64,000 nt of DNA from Candidatus Marinacidobacterales bacterium (lineage in GTDB: Bacteria; Acidobacteriota; Vicinamibacteria; Marinacidobacterales; SMYC01): assembly GCA_965224085.1 (NCBI GenBank), contig CBDCYI010000004.1, positions 1,856,001 through 1,920,000 of the forward strand. Reading direction: 5' to 3'. Positions 29,783-39,754 of the stretch are shown here, piece by piece. Each line of letters starts with the position of its first letter. Positions within the stretch are counted from its first letter, which is position 1. The notes beneath the pieces were generated by a model. It made no database searches, was not told the origin of the DNA, and saw nothing but the letters and a program-made list of their open reading frames with translations. The position numbers were made by a program, and so were the translations under genes.

Positions 29783-31288
29783 ATGACGGGACTCGACAGG
29801 CCGCTCATCATCGCAGCCGCGAGCATTTACCTGCTCCTCGTTCTGGCGGTCGGGCTCTGGTCCGCACGGCGGACGCGCACCGCAAAGGACTTCTGGATTG
29901 CGGGTCAAAACATCGGCCTGTGGACGACCGGACTCGCGACAACATCCGCCGCTTTCAGCGGTTTCGTTTTCCTCGGAGGCCCCGGACTCACCTACCGACT
30001 CGGCACGGGTTCACTTTTCATCGTGGTCGCCGGCGGTTTCACCGCCAGCGTGATGTGCTGGGTCCTGGCGAAGCGACTTCGCCTCCTGGCAACGGTGCGT
30101 GAGATCTACACGATCCCCGACGCCATCCTCTGTCGTTACCGAAGCCGCTCCGCCTCAGGAATCGCCGCCATTGCCGTGATCGTGGGGACGCTGGCCTATT
30201 TGGGCGCGCAGTTTCTCGCACTGGGGCGGCTCGTCGAAGCGGTGTTCGGCACGCGTGAGCTCTTCGGCCCGCAAAGCCTCGCGATCGCCGTCACGGCGGG
30301 CGTCGTGGTCGTCGTGTTGTACGCGTGCCTCGGCGGGATGATCGCCGGGGTCTATACCGATCTGCTTCAGGGGTCGTTGATGACGCTCGTGGCCGGTGTC
30401 GTATTCGTCCACGCGATCGCGGAAGGCGGAGGCCTCGAGCGCATCGCGACGAGCATCACGGCGTCCGAAGCCTTCGGACGCTCATTCCTCGAGCCGCTCG
30501 GACGCGTACCGATTTGGACCGCCGTCGGTTTCTACTTCGTCTTCGGAATCGGCGTCCTGGGACAGCCGCACATGCTTCATAAGTTTTACATGATAAAGGA
30601 CCCCCGTGACTTGAAGTGGATCCCGCTCGTTGTCGGCTTCACGCAAACGCTGTGCGTTCTCATATGGTTGGGCCTCGGCCTCGTCGTCCCAGCCCTCGTA
30701 GCGCAAGGGCGACTCGCCCCTCTCGCGCAGCCCGACCATGCCGCACCGATCTACTTGCTGGAGTTCGCACCCACACTTCTAGCAGGGTTGGTCTTCGCCG
30801 GCATCCTCGCTGCCATCATGTCGACGGCAGATTCTTTCGTGAACATCGGCTCCGCCGCCCTCGTTCGCGATCTGCCCAAAGCACTAGGTCGCGAGCTGAA
30901 GCGCGAGCTTTTGTGGGGACGCGTGGCGGTCGTCGGCTTTGCCGTGGGCGCGGGTGCGCTCGCGACTCTTTACGGAGACTTGATTGCGATACTCGGCACC
31001 TTCGCCTTTGGAACGTTTGGTGCAGCGCTTGCGCCAGCGCTTGCGATAGGGCTGAACTGGCACCGCGTCACTGCTAAAGCCGCCGCGGCCTCGATGCTTA
31101 CGGGCATCACTCTGAATCTCGGGCTAGAGCTTTTCGCCCGAAATGGTGTGGTACTCCTGAAGCCGGGGATACTTCCCACCGCCGTCTCCCTGGCTGCATC
31201 CTTCTCGGTGCTATTTCTCGTGAGCTGGCTATCGGATCCCGACAACAACAAGATCGACGAAGACGTCGCCTACGTGATGGAGCACTGA
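29783..31288 (+). CDS. Sodium:solute symporter (SSS, PutP-like)
   Basis: DFWIAGQ, SAAFSGFVFLGGPG, YTDLLQG, GQPH, ILAAIMSTADS. Confidence 0.92.
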   Translation: MTGLDRPLIIAAASIYLLLVLAVGLWSARRTRTAKDFWIAGQNIGLWTTGLATTSAAFSGFVFLGGPGLTYRLGTGSLFIVVAGGFTASVMCWVLAKRLRLLATVREIYTIPDAILCRYRSRSASGIAAIAVIVGTLAYLGAQFLALGRLVEAVFGTRELFGPQSLAIAVTAGVVVVVLYACLGGMIAGVYTDLLQGSLMTLVAGVVFVHAIAEGGGLERIATSITASEAFGRSFLEPLGRVPIWTAVGFYFVFGIGVLGQPHMLHKFYMIKDPRDLKWIPLVVGFTQTLCVLIWLGLGLVVPALVAQGRLAPLAQPDHAAPIYLLEFAPTLLAGLVFAGILAAIMSTADSFVNIGSAALVRDLPKALGRELKRELLWGRVAVVGFAVGAGALATLYGDLIAILGTFAFGTFGAALAPALAIGLNWHRVTAKAAAASMLTGITLNLGLELFARNGVVLLKPGILPTAVSLAASFSVLFLVSWLSDPDNNKIDEDVAYVMEH

Positions 31289-31479
31289 GTGCCGTCCACG
31301 CCCAGGCCATGATTTCAAAGGGCCCGCGAGCCCTATACGCCGGGGCCATTCGTGTTGAGCGCAGTGGCAGAGCTTCCATTCTTGAGCGATTCTTCCGAGG
31401 CCTTGTCGGTGGCTTTCTGGCGCGTGCAAGACAGGCACCCGTCGGAGGCGAACGAACCTTTCTCAAAGAACTCCGGCCC

Positions 31480-34400
31480 CTAGCTGGCTGCTTTCACCGT
31501 CAAGAGTCCAGGGTTGGTGACGCGCTCTTCTTCGAACATGTTCCGAACGCAGAGCGCGAAGCGCTGCTGTCCTTCGATCTTCGACGTCACGATGAGGGGG
31601 ATGCGGAGCTCGTCACGGCCCTCGAAATCCATGGTGAACTGCTTGACCTTGCCGCCGCCTTGAATCCAGGACATGCTCGCCGGCAAGCTGACATGCGCCA
31701 AGTCGCCGACGTGGTAGCCGTCGAGAAGAGTGACGACGAGCTCGGCCTTGTCGCCCATACGGAAGTGGGTTGCCTTTTTGGCGTTCGTATCCCGGAACCC
31801 CACGCGCACCGGAAACCCTACGTCGTAGTTGTTCCAGTCCTCTTCGTGAACGCGCGTGACCTCAACCGCGGCGACACCTTCCAGAACCTCGACGGATTCA
31901 ATTTGGTCGCTCAGGGACGTCGCGTCGAGCGCCGTCATTTCCTTGCCATTCACGCGGAGTCGCCCCTCGCCGCTGACGAGCCCCGACGAGCGCAGCTGGA
32001 TCATGAGAACGATGGCCGCCACCGAGTCGAACGTTGAGTAGAGTCGGCCCTGCTCGTTGAACTGACGGGTGACTTGATTCGCGATCCGCACACCCTTCTC
32101 GAGCTGACTCACTGCGATGAAAGACGCGGCGGCGTAAGCGAGAGCGGCGCGGCTATCCACGCGGCTGGGCGCGTCTCGGACCGTGACGTCGTCTCTCGAG
32201 AAATCGAGTGCTTCCGCGAAATATCTCTCAGCAGAGGACGCGTCACCGCTCGTGGCGGCAGCGTAGGCGTCCGCGGCGGATTGGACGCGTCGGGGCAGCC
32301 GCTCGATGTCGTGCGCCTCGGCAGCTTGGTCGGCTAGGGCCATCCCTTCCGAGGCGGCACGTCGTAGATCGGAAGATAGGTCGGAAACCTTTACGAGCTG
32401 GTGGAGGTTCCAGAGGTATCGTACGGCGGCGCGGCTGTAATAGTCATTCACGCCGTCGGTCTCAGGATACATGGCGAAGCCTCGGCCCGGGCGGATCATT
32501 CTCTTCTCGCGCTCGATGCCGGCCAAGATGATCTCCTTCGCGTTCCGGCGCTCTACGTCGCTCTCACTGGCCAAGTATATAAAGGTGGCAGCGAGGATCT
32601 TGGCTGCAGTTTGCTCGCAGCAGAGGTGGGCGTAGCCCGCCGTTGCGGTCAGAAGGCACTGGAACGACTCGTCGACGGCGGGGAGGACGCGTAGCGTGAG
32701 GGCGTCCGCCGAGCCCAGGGTGATGTGATCGCGTGCGAGCAGCAAGCCGAGCTCTTTCACATAGGACTTCAGCACACCGGGCTCCCCGACGGTGATCTCC
32801 ACCGCGTCCGTCTCACCGCTCGTGAGGTCTTGAACGACAGCAACGTAGGTGCCGGGAACGACGTCGAGCTCGAGCTCGACGGGAGTGTCGAAAGCGTCAC
32901 CGTCGGTGCCTCGAAGAGTTACGGGCTCTCCGTCGCGCGTGAGTCGGATTTTGCCTCGGCCGGAGCTCGTCGACGCACGAAGCCGTCCCACGACCTTGTC
33001 GTCTTTGTGAACGGCGGGTGGTAATTCCAAGTCGGCGCGCACCGGCTTGTCCACGACCACAGTGCTCCGCACGTCGGTCCAATTCCCGTCCACGAGCGCG
33101 AAGGCTTCGACGGCAAAACTTCCCAGAGTATTGCCAAGGGGAATCGTAACCTCACGGCTTCCAGATACGGGGACGAGACCATAGAAGAGCACCGACGGGA
33201 AGTCGGCGCGTGGCGGTTCGGTTGGGCTATCTATGTCTCCATCGAGACACAACGCGCTAGTCTCTTCGAGGGACCCGTCAGCGGCATCAAGCGCCACGCT
33301 GGTGTCCTCGAGGTCGAACGCGGCACCAAGGGTCATGCTCTCGAGTTCGAAGGCGTCCATGCCCGCGGCCGATGCCGGTCGTCGAAATCGCGCCGCCATC
33401 GCCGGTGGCGGTGTCGGAAGAATCGCGTCGCTATCGAAAAACCCCTCATCCATCCCCCTAACGGCGTCGCCGATGGCCTTCTTTGCCGACGCGCCGAGAG
33501 TGACGGAAGGCCGATCGGCCGCCGTCAGCCGGTGATCGCGAACGGCGAGAAGCACAGGCACTTCCTTCGACACTCCCTTGCAAGAGAGCTGCACGTTGAG
33601 CTCATCGCCGGGCCGGACGCTCTCCGGAACTTCCAGCTCGAGGGCCAGACGGCTGAGGCGGAAGAAGCTCGAGTAGCCCTCGAAGGGCTTGCCGTTGACA
33701 ACCGCACCGGCGAAGACGGTGCAGAGCGAGCTCTCGGTGTCGACGACGACGTCGTCACCAGACTTCGCGTCACCGTGATCGATGACGCTCATCTCGCCGC
33801 TCGCCAGATCGAGCACGACCAGGCGCAAGGATTGAAGATCCTGCTTGGCGTGGAGCACGAAGCGATCGCCCACGGGCTCCTCCACCACCAGCGGGGTGGC
33901 GAGAAAATCACCCTCGGTAAGAAAACCGCCACGGAGAGGAAGGGCGTCCGGCTGCGGCATCATGGAAAAGAGTTGCTCCTTGCCGAGCTCGCCGATGACG
34001 GTCACGCCGCGCTCGCTCGCACGGCTTCCCGGAATTGCCACTTGAGCGACGCGCTCGGCGTCTTCGGCACTGACGAGCTGCAACCGAAACGGCCCCTCAC
34101 CCTTCATCATTAGACGCCCGACATAGCGGCCGGCAGCGTCGGCCTGGAGCCGTGCCGACGAGACTTCGCGAGTCATGTCGACGAGCGACACTTCGAGCTC
34201 CCCGTCGAACGGCACTTGATAACTCTCGACTGCCAACTCGAATTGGATCGTCTCCTCGCTCCGGTCGAGCTCATGAGAAACGAGCCGTCCGGTCAGGGGT
34301 GCGAGCGTGTACTCGGCCACGGTAAAGTCGACCGGCGTTCCGATCTTCTTGCCGTCCACGGATAGCTGCGCCTGATAGTCTCCGGGGAGAAGCATCGACA

Positions 34401-34794
34401 GGGTCTCGATGGCGACGCCATCGTCGAGGTCGAGCGTGCGCGCGGTCAGCGGCTCGCCGTTCCACTCCACCACGAGCGCGAGCCCCGTCGGAGGCTCCGG
34501 CATAGCGACGAACAGATAGACGGTGTCTTGTTCCGCCCGGTAGAGATCGCGATCGGTCACGACCGCGCCCAGCGGATCGATCGAGCGTTTCCGCGGCGTC
34601 AGCGTCATGCCGGCGACGGAAAAAGACTTCTCGACGAGCGGAATGACACGGTGCACCAACAGTCGTGACAGGCGACCGTGGGTGGGATCGGCCTTCGCAT
34701 CCACGAAGGCGAAGTAGTGTCCCAGCGTCAGCGAGTTTTTCATCTTCATAGCCAGGGAGTAGTCGTCGATTTTCACGTCTACGGGAAGGTTCAT
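31480..34794 (-). CDS. Compact alpha-2-macroglobulin/thioester-protein (TEP)-like protein without a signal peptide
   Basis: TDRDLYRAEQDTV (MG2), FTVAEYTLAP, VRPGDELNVQL...VLLAVRDHRL, low-complexity bait-like segment, RADFPSVLFY...VDKPVRADLELPPAVHKDD, thioester-like GYAHLCCEQT (CCEQ codons at 32611-32622). Confidence 0.8.
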   Translation of the reverse strand: MNLPVDVKIDDYSLAMKMKNSLTLGHYFAFVDAKADPTHGRLSRLLVHRVIPLVEKSFSVAGMTLTPRKRSIDPLGAVVTDRDLYRAEQDTVYLFVAMPEPPTGLALVVEWNGEPLTARTLDLDDGVAIETLSMLLPGDYQAQLSVDGKKIGTPVDFTVAEYTLAPLTGRLVSHELDRSEETIQFELAVESYQVPFDGELEVSLVDMTREVSSARLQADAAGRYVGRLMMKGEGPFRLQLVSAEDAERVAQVAIPGSRASERGVTVIGELGKEQLFSMMPQPDALPLRGGFLTEGDFLATPLVVEEPVGDRFVLHAKQDLQSLRLVVLDLASGEMSVIDHGDAKSGDDVVVDTESSLCTVFAGAVVNGKPFEGYSSFFRLSRLALELEVPESVRPGDELNVQLSCKGVSKEVPVLLAVRDHRLTAADRPSVTLGASAKKAIGDAVRGMDEGFFDSDAILPTPPPAMAARFRRPASAAGMDAFELESMTLGAAFDLEDTSVALDAADGSLEETSALCLDGDIDSPTEPPRADFPSVLFYGLVPVSGSREVTIPLGNTLGSFAVEAFALVDGNWTDVRSTVVVDKPVRADLELPPAVHKDDKVVGRLRASTSSGRGKIRLTRDGEPVTLRGTDGDAFDTPVELELDVVPGTYVAVVQDLTSGETDAVEITVGEPGVLKSYVKELGLLLARDHITLGSADALTLRVLPAVDESFQCLLTATAGYAHLCCEQTAAKILAATFIYLASESDVERRNAKEIILAGIEREKRMIRPGRGFAMYPETDGVNDYYSRAAVRYLWNLHQLVKVSDLSSDLRRAASEGMALADQAAEAHDIERLPRRVQSAADAYAAATSGDASSAERYFAEALDFSRDDVTVRDAPSRVDSRAALAYAAASFIAVSQLEKGVRIANQVTRQFNEQGRLYSTFDSVAAIVLMIQLRSSGLVSGEGRLRVNGKEMTALDATSLSDQIESVEVLEGVAAVEVTRVHEEDWNNYDVGFPVRVGFRDTNAKKATHFRMGDKAELVVTLLDGYHVGDLAHVSLPASMSWIQGGGKVKQFTMDFEGRDELRIPLIVTSKIEGQQRFALCVRNMFEEERVTNPGLLTVKAAS

Positions 34795-35381
34795 CAGCTC
34801 TCTCCTTTGTTGTCTTCTTCGTCGCTTCCTCGAAAGGAGCGCACGATGGCGTCCAGCCGATCGGCCAACTCGGCTCTCAGTGTAGGGTCTCTCAATACGC
34901 TTTCCGGCACGTCCAGCGAAGCGCCATGCCCGAGCGCGCGGCGCTGAAACGTCTCGGGCTCCGATGTGGGGCTCGAACCCGAGGCCACGACGAGCCGGTC
35001 CGCCGGGATGCGTTTCAAAGCCGCCGGCTGCCGCTTCTTGATGGTTGGGAAGAGCTCGCGGAGAACGTCCTCGTCACCGGCCGTTTCGAGCACGCTCGCG
35101 ATGCGCTGCAGAGTGTGATGCTCGGCCTGGAGCTTCTTGATGAGCAGCAGACGGGCCAAATGCTTACCGGAATAGCGGGCACGACCGCCCTCGTAACTCT
35201 CCGGTTTCGGCAGAAGCTTCTGCGTGATGTAGTAGCGGATGGTGCGCGCATCCGGCCGCTCCGTGACCTTGTAGCGCGACTGCTTCGGCGCTAGCTCCCG
35301 CAGGAGCCCTTCGGCTACCTCGACCAGCTCCTCGATCGTGAGGTCGTCTCGACTGAGATACCGACGCAGCCGCGCTTTCAT
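34794..35381 (-). CDS. MerR-family HTH regulator
   Basis: PDARTIRYYITQKLLPKP...ARYSGKHLARLLLIKKLQAEHHTLQRI; TGATG coupling to the A2M-like gene. Confidence 0.88.
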   Translation of the reverse strand: MKARLRRYLSRDDLTIEELVEVAEGLLRELAPKQSRYKVTERPDARTIRYYITQKLLPKPESYEGGRARYSGKHLARLLLIKKLQAEHHTLQRIASVLETAGDEDVLRELFPTIKKRQPAALKRIPADRLVVASGSSPTSEPETFQRRALGHGASLDVPESVLRDPTLRAELADRLDAIVRSFRGSDEEDNKGES

Positions 35382-35402
35382 GGCTTCTCTCTTCACAATC
35401 GT

Positions 35403-35431
35403 ATTATAGTATAGACAGTATATACTGTCAA
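35403..35431 (-). promoter_or_regulatory. Consensus sigma70 promoter with an overlapping palindromic operator
   Basis: TTGACA(35431-35426)-N17-TATAAT(35408-35403); perfect palindrome GACAGTATATACTGTC at 35414-35429. Confidence 0.9.
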
Positions 35432-35679
35432 CACTCGACGCGGGTCCGATGGTGTGGGAAGACTTCTCAGCGGCTGGCTTCGGGAGCCACTCGAGGGAGC
35501 CGGGGGCGGAACGTGTCGTCCTGAGAAAGTGGCGAATCATACCGAAGTATCGGGGAAATGTGTCGTATAGGATGGAGTTGTCAAGTCGATCAGATCCTGT
35601 TTGGTGGAGAGCACAGGCCGCGACTCAACTTCTTCGCGGCGGCTCTCGAGAAGAAGTAGGAAGAAGGAGGAGGACGGAA

Positions 35680-36114
35680 ATGTCTCACGTTACCGCAGAG
35701 CTTCGAGAAGGTACGGTCGCGACGATCCACGCTCGTCAGTTCACCTGGAGCGCTGACGAGCCGATTGCAGCGGGCGGCACCGACAGAGGGCCGACACCTT
35801 ACGAGATCCTATTGGGGAGCCTCGCCGCCTGCATCACCATCACGTTGAGGCTATATGCAACCCACAAGGGCATTGAGCTCGCTGGGGTCGACGTCCGGCT
35901 CGAGTTCGACCGCGTCCATGCCGATGATTGTAGTGACTGCGACGAGCGCGCCGACGGATTCATCGAGCGCATTCAATCGCATGTCACCCTTCGCGGATCT
36001 TTCGATGACGCGCAACGAAAACGACTTGCCCAGGTAGCCCAACGCTGTCCGGTGCACAAGACGCTCGCGAACGGTGTGCACATCAGCGACGCCGTTAGTT
36101 TCGACAGTCCCTAA
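35680..36114 (+). CDS. OsmC-family protein
   Basis: ADEPIAAGGTDRGPTPYEILLGSLAAC...RCPVHKTL; AGGAGG RBS. Confidence 0.9.
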   Translation: MSHVTAELREGTVATIHARQFTWSADEPIAAGGTDRGPTPYEILLGSLAACITITLRLYATHKGIELAGVDVRLEFDRVHADDCSDCDERADGFIERIQSHVTLRGSFDDAQRKRLAQVAQRCPVHKTLANGVHISDAVSFDSP

Positions 36115-36512
36115 TCTCCCTCGGCTTCCCTACGAGGCGACGCTGTGTGCTGATCGACGAGGATCGGGTTTCCGTCAGGGTCCTCTGCAACAAAGCTGGC
36201 GGGGCCCGTCGTGCTCCCGTCTGCGGTGTTCTTCAACGCCACGCCTCGCTCCTTGAGCTGGCGCTGAAGATCGCGTACGTCTGTGAAAGTATCGAGCTCG
36301 CGGGCGCTACTGTCCCACCCAGGATTGAAGGTTAGGATGTTCTTTTCGAACATCCCCTGAAAAAGACCGATCGTGTGATCGCCATTTTTCAAAATCAGCC
36401 AGTTCTCGGAGGCATCGCCGCCGAAGGCCTTGAAGCCGAACTTTTCGTAGAAAGTCCTCGATGCCTCGATATCCTTGACAGCCAAACTGACTGAGAATGC
36501 GCCGAACTCCAT
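36111..36512 (-). CDS. VOC/glyoxalase-family protein
   Basis: GAFSVSLAVKDIEASRTFYEKFGF...DPDGNPILVDQH; the last about 10 residues may be foreign. Confidence 0.88.
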   Translation of the reverse strand: MEFGAFSVSLAVKDIEASRTFYEKFGFKAFGGDASENWLILKNGDHTIGLFQGMFEKNILTFNPGWDSSARELDTFTDVRDLQRQLKERGVALKNTADGSTTGPASFVAEDPDGNPILVDQHTASPRREAEGD

Positions 36513-36532
36513 ACGGTACTCCTTTCGGTGGG

Positions 36533-37567
36533 TCATGGACTAAAAATCCCTTTCGGCATGTGCATGCTGACCAGGTAGTGCGGCATGTCCACAGCTTCTG
36601 AAATCTTCAGGTCCCCTGCAAGCGAGCACAGCATGTACGCGTCTACGCGGGACAACCCGCGCTCGGCCTCGAGGTAATCGATCATGAAGAGTGTTGCCTT
36701 TCGTGCGGCCTCGTCGATCGTCTCACCAAAGGCCGTCACCGCGTAATACTCATCGGTCTCGTATTCGGGCTCCGCCGGCAGTCGACCACCCTTTTGTACT
36801 TCAACCTCCAGGACGATGCGCATCGGGGCTTCGACACCGGTGCCGCCGACCTCCCCGTCGCCCTGCGCGGCGTGAGTGTCGCCGATGGACAAAAGCGCCC
36901 CCTCGACGAGAACAGGCAAGAAGACCGTGGTACCCACCCCCAAGTAACGGTTGTCCATGTTGCCGCCGTTCTCGCGCGGTGGGATGGTGACCAGTTCCTC
37001 CTCGGTAGCCGGTGCGACTCCGATAACTCCGGGGAACGGGCGAACTGGAATCGAGATATTGTCGTCGAACGGCACGTGGGTCTGGCCTTCTTCAAAGCTG
37101 AACGTCTTCAGCTGGGCGTCGGGAAACTCGTCGGCCAGGAAACCGAAACCGGGAGCGACGCCCGCCCAACCCCAATCCAGAACTTCGATCTCATGGAACG
37201 TCACCGCGAGTACATCACCCGGTTCGGCGGTTTCCACGTAGATCGGCCCTGTGAGGGGATGGATCGGATCGAAATCCATGTTCGCCATCGCGTCGATTCC
37301 GGAATCGAGCGCGAGTTGACCGTCGGTCGCCTCCTTCGTTTCGATCTCGACGATAGCGCCGGAGGGGACCGTCAAGACGGGAGGGATCGCACTGCTCCAG
37401 CGGTTGTGGGTGTTCTCAGTGCCCAGCGTGTACTCGACCTCCACCGAGGGCACCGAGGACGCCGCGGGCTCGGGGGGCGGAGGCGGTTCGGGTGCTGCGC
37501 AGGCAGTCAGGGCCAACGTGAATGGGATGACGATGGACCAAGCGGTAGCCGATCGGCTCGATTTCAT
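36533..37567 (-). CDS. Acetamidase/formamidase-family lipoprotein
   Basis: Lipobox LTAC; HPLTGPIYVE, PPRENGGNMD, GDTHAAQGDGEV. Confidence 0.9.
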   Translation of the reverse strand: MKSSRSATAWSIVIPFTLALTACAAPEPPPPPEPAASSVPSVEVEYTLGTENTHNRWSSAIPPVLTVPSGAIVEIETKEATDGQLALDSGIDAMANMDFDPIHPLTGPIYVETAEPGDVLAVTFHEIEVLDWGWAGVAPGFGFLADEFPDAQLKTFSFEEGQTHVPFDDNISIPVRPFPGVIGVAPATEEELVTIPPRENGGNMDNRYLGVGTTVFLPVLVEGALLSIGDTHAAQGDGEVGGTGVEAPMRIVLEVEVQKGGRLPAEPEYETDEYYAVTAFGETIDEAARKATLFMIDYLEAERGLSRVDAYMLCSLAGDLKISEAVDMPHYLVSMHMPKGIFSP

Positions 37568-37747
37568 GGACAGTCTCCTCTCAACTTGGATCTTTCTGAA
37601 ACCATTCCATTCGTTTCACGTGCGAATTGCAACTGTCGCTCGTACATGGATGCCGCTATCCTCATCCGGCAGTGGAAGACCTTTCGCTGCTCTAGGAGTA
37701 GACTCGGAACAGCACATGAACGCCAATGATGGTCTGAAGACTGGAAG

Positions 37748-38674
37748 ATGGCCGAAGTAAAAGAAAAGCGTTTTGGGCAAGGTCTCGAGCCACTCGGGCG
37801 CACGCGGGCGCGCCGCATCCTGCTCCGCCTTCTTCTGTACGGGAGTGCTACCTTCATCGGGCTACCGTTCGCGTTGTCTCACGTCATGACCCGGACATAC
37901 CCGGGCGGCGGCGCCGAGACACCACCTCTTGGCTATGTGGCCGTCGAGCTCGACTCGGGTGAGCTCCGGCTAAGAGCGTGGTTGGCGCGTGGCGAAACCG
38001 ACAGAGCCGCGTTCGTCATCGTCCACGGCCTTGGCGACACTCTCGAAAGCTATCAGGTGCATGCACGACCTATGATCGAGCGCGGCCACACCGTGCTCCT
38101 GCCGGACCTCAGGGGGCACGGAGGGAGCGAAGGCCAGTACACGAGCCTTGGCGGCCTCGAGAGCGGGGACGTCCGCGCCGCCATGAATTACCTGCGCGAA
38201 GCCGACCTCGCCGGCGAAGGGATCGTGCTGATGGGACACTCGATGGGAGCCGTGGCCGTCCTCTTGGCCGCCGCAGACCAGCTCGATATACGGGCGGTGG
38301 TCGCCGAGGCCCCGTTCGACACCTATCGCAACACGGTCGCCCATCACGCGTGGCTTCTCTACTACCTCCCATCCTGGGTTCCCATCATCCCGCTTTCGAT
38401 CATGGCCGCCGAATGGCGGGCCGGCTTCGATGCGGACGCGATCGACACGGTCGAGGCAGCACGGCGTATCGATGCTCCACTCCTCGCCATCGTGGATGGC
38501 CTCGATGAACGCATGCCCGAACCCGTGATACGACGCATCGTCGACGCCCACCCCGGCAGAAACGAGCTCTGGGTCGCATCTGGCGTGGGCCACGTCGGCG
38601 CGATCTTGCACCCCGACTGGGAAAACGTCGTCCTCGGCTTCCTGGGCAAAAACGGCATCTTAACGGAATCGTGA
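37748..38674 (+). CDS. Alpha/beta hydrolase with an N-terminal TM anchor
   Basis: VHGLG, DLRGHGGS, GHSMG nucleophile elbow, GVGH. Confidence 0.88.
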   Translation: MAEVKEKRFGQGLEPLGRTRARRILLRLLLYGSATFIGLPFALSHVMTRTYPGGGAETPPLGYVAVELDSGELRLRAWLARGETDRAAFVIVHGLGDTLESYQVHARPMIERGHTVLLPDLRGHGGSEGQYTSLGGLESGDVRAAMNYLREADLAGEGIVLMGHSMGAVAVLLAAADQLDIRAVVAEAPFDTYRNTVAHHAWLLYYLPSWVPIIPLSIMAAEWRAGFDADAIDTVEAARRIDAPLLAIVDGLDERMPEPVIRRIVDAHPGRNELWVASGVGHVGAILHPDWENVVLGFLGKNGILTES

Positions 38675-38722
38675 AAGCCCGCTTTGCGTCTGTCGAACGA
38701 AGCCGTCGCTGGAAAATCGAGC

Positions 38723-39020
38723 TTAGCGGAGAGACGGACGGCGCATCGCCGAAAAGAGCTCCATGTGGCCCTCGACCACTCCCTTGCGCGCCTCCTCGTT
38801 CGGCGCAAGCGACCACTCATCGTGCTCAGCGGTGCCGCCCAGCGCGATGCCGTCCGAACGCGGCGTCTTGTGTCGGGAGACACCAGCCTGACCGCTCGTG
38901 GTGCGGAGGCCGCCACCCGTCTCGTAGTCGACTTCGGATTGCGGAACCAAAAGCGTGAGCTGGCCTTTATACGGAACGATCTCCTCGTCGTCGAACAAGT
39001 CTTTTGCGCCGAGACCAGGG
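38723..39020 (-). pseudogene. D-amino-acid-oxidase-like FAD oxidoreductase, C-terminal fragment
   Basis: GLGAKDLFDDEEIVPYKGQLTLLVPQSEVDY...PRSDGIALGGT; no N-terminal Rossmann motif. Confidence 0.7.
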
Positions 39021-39157
39021 GACGTTCGATTCCAAGCAACACCGGCGCGTGAACGCAGGATTCGCTGGTCGCTCAGGTCCTTGCCGTCGGCCGATCGAGT
39101 GATCGTGGCACCCCGATATTCTTTGACTTCGAGCCCAGCGAAAGCGTTCACGCAACG

Positions 39158-39628
39158 TCAACGCTCCCGGTGCCAGACCAACTCGCTGTCTCCCTCGAGG
39201 GGGCGCAGCGCCAATGTGTCCGCATCGACGAGCTCGAACGCCCGCACACGGTCGGTTCCGATCCATTCAGGCGCGTTGCACGCCTCGACGTGATGCGTGA
39301 CCGTTCCGGCGTCGGCGTCCACGACGTAGCCGGCGCTGTAGGCGAAGAAGCCTTCGTCCTCGCGCGATGCGCCGCCCGAGGCCATCAGGACAACCGTCAT
39401 CTTTCCGTTATCCGCATAGACGATTCGGCCGAACGCGTCCTCGCCCATCGGGTAGACGGCCTCCCCATCGTCGCCTTTGCGGGTAAACGAGCCTAGAGAC
39501 CAGCTACCGATGAACTCGGCGCCGAGGTCCACCGATTCACTGGCGTCGACCGTCTTTTCGACCGGCGCCGGCGGAGTGCAAGAGCTCAGAACGAACGCGA
39601 CCGCGATCCAACCAATAACGAAACGCAT
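39158..39628 (-). CDS. Lipocalin-like domain lipoprotein
   Basis: Lipobox LSSC; FIGSWSL...GRIVYADNGKMTV...AYSAGY...VTHHVE...LVWHR. Confidence 0.82.
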   Translation of the reverse strand: MRFVIGWIAVAFVLSSCTPPAPVEKTVDASESVDLGAEFIGSWSLGSFTRKGDDGEAVYPMGEDAFGRIVYADNGKMTVVLMASGGASREDEGFFAYSAGYVVDADAGTVTHHVEACNAPEWIGTDRVRAFELVDADTLALRPLEGDSELVWHRER

Positions 39629-39754
39629 AGCTCCACCTCCCCAAAGCACGAAGATTTGGTCACTCATAGTGGAAAACGAAAGGCTTTACAAGACACATGA
39701 ACCATTGGCACCAATCCGACATCGGACCGGAACGCGCCGCGATTCGCCTCCCCG

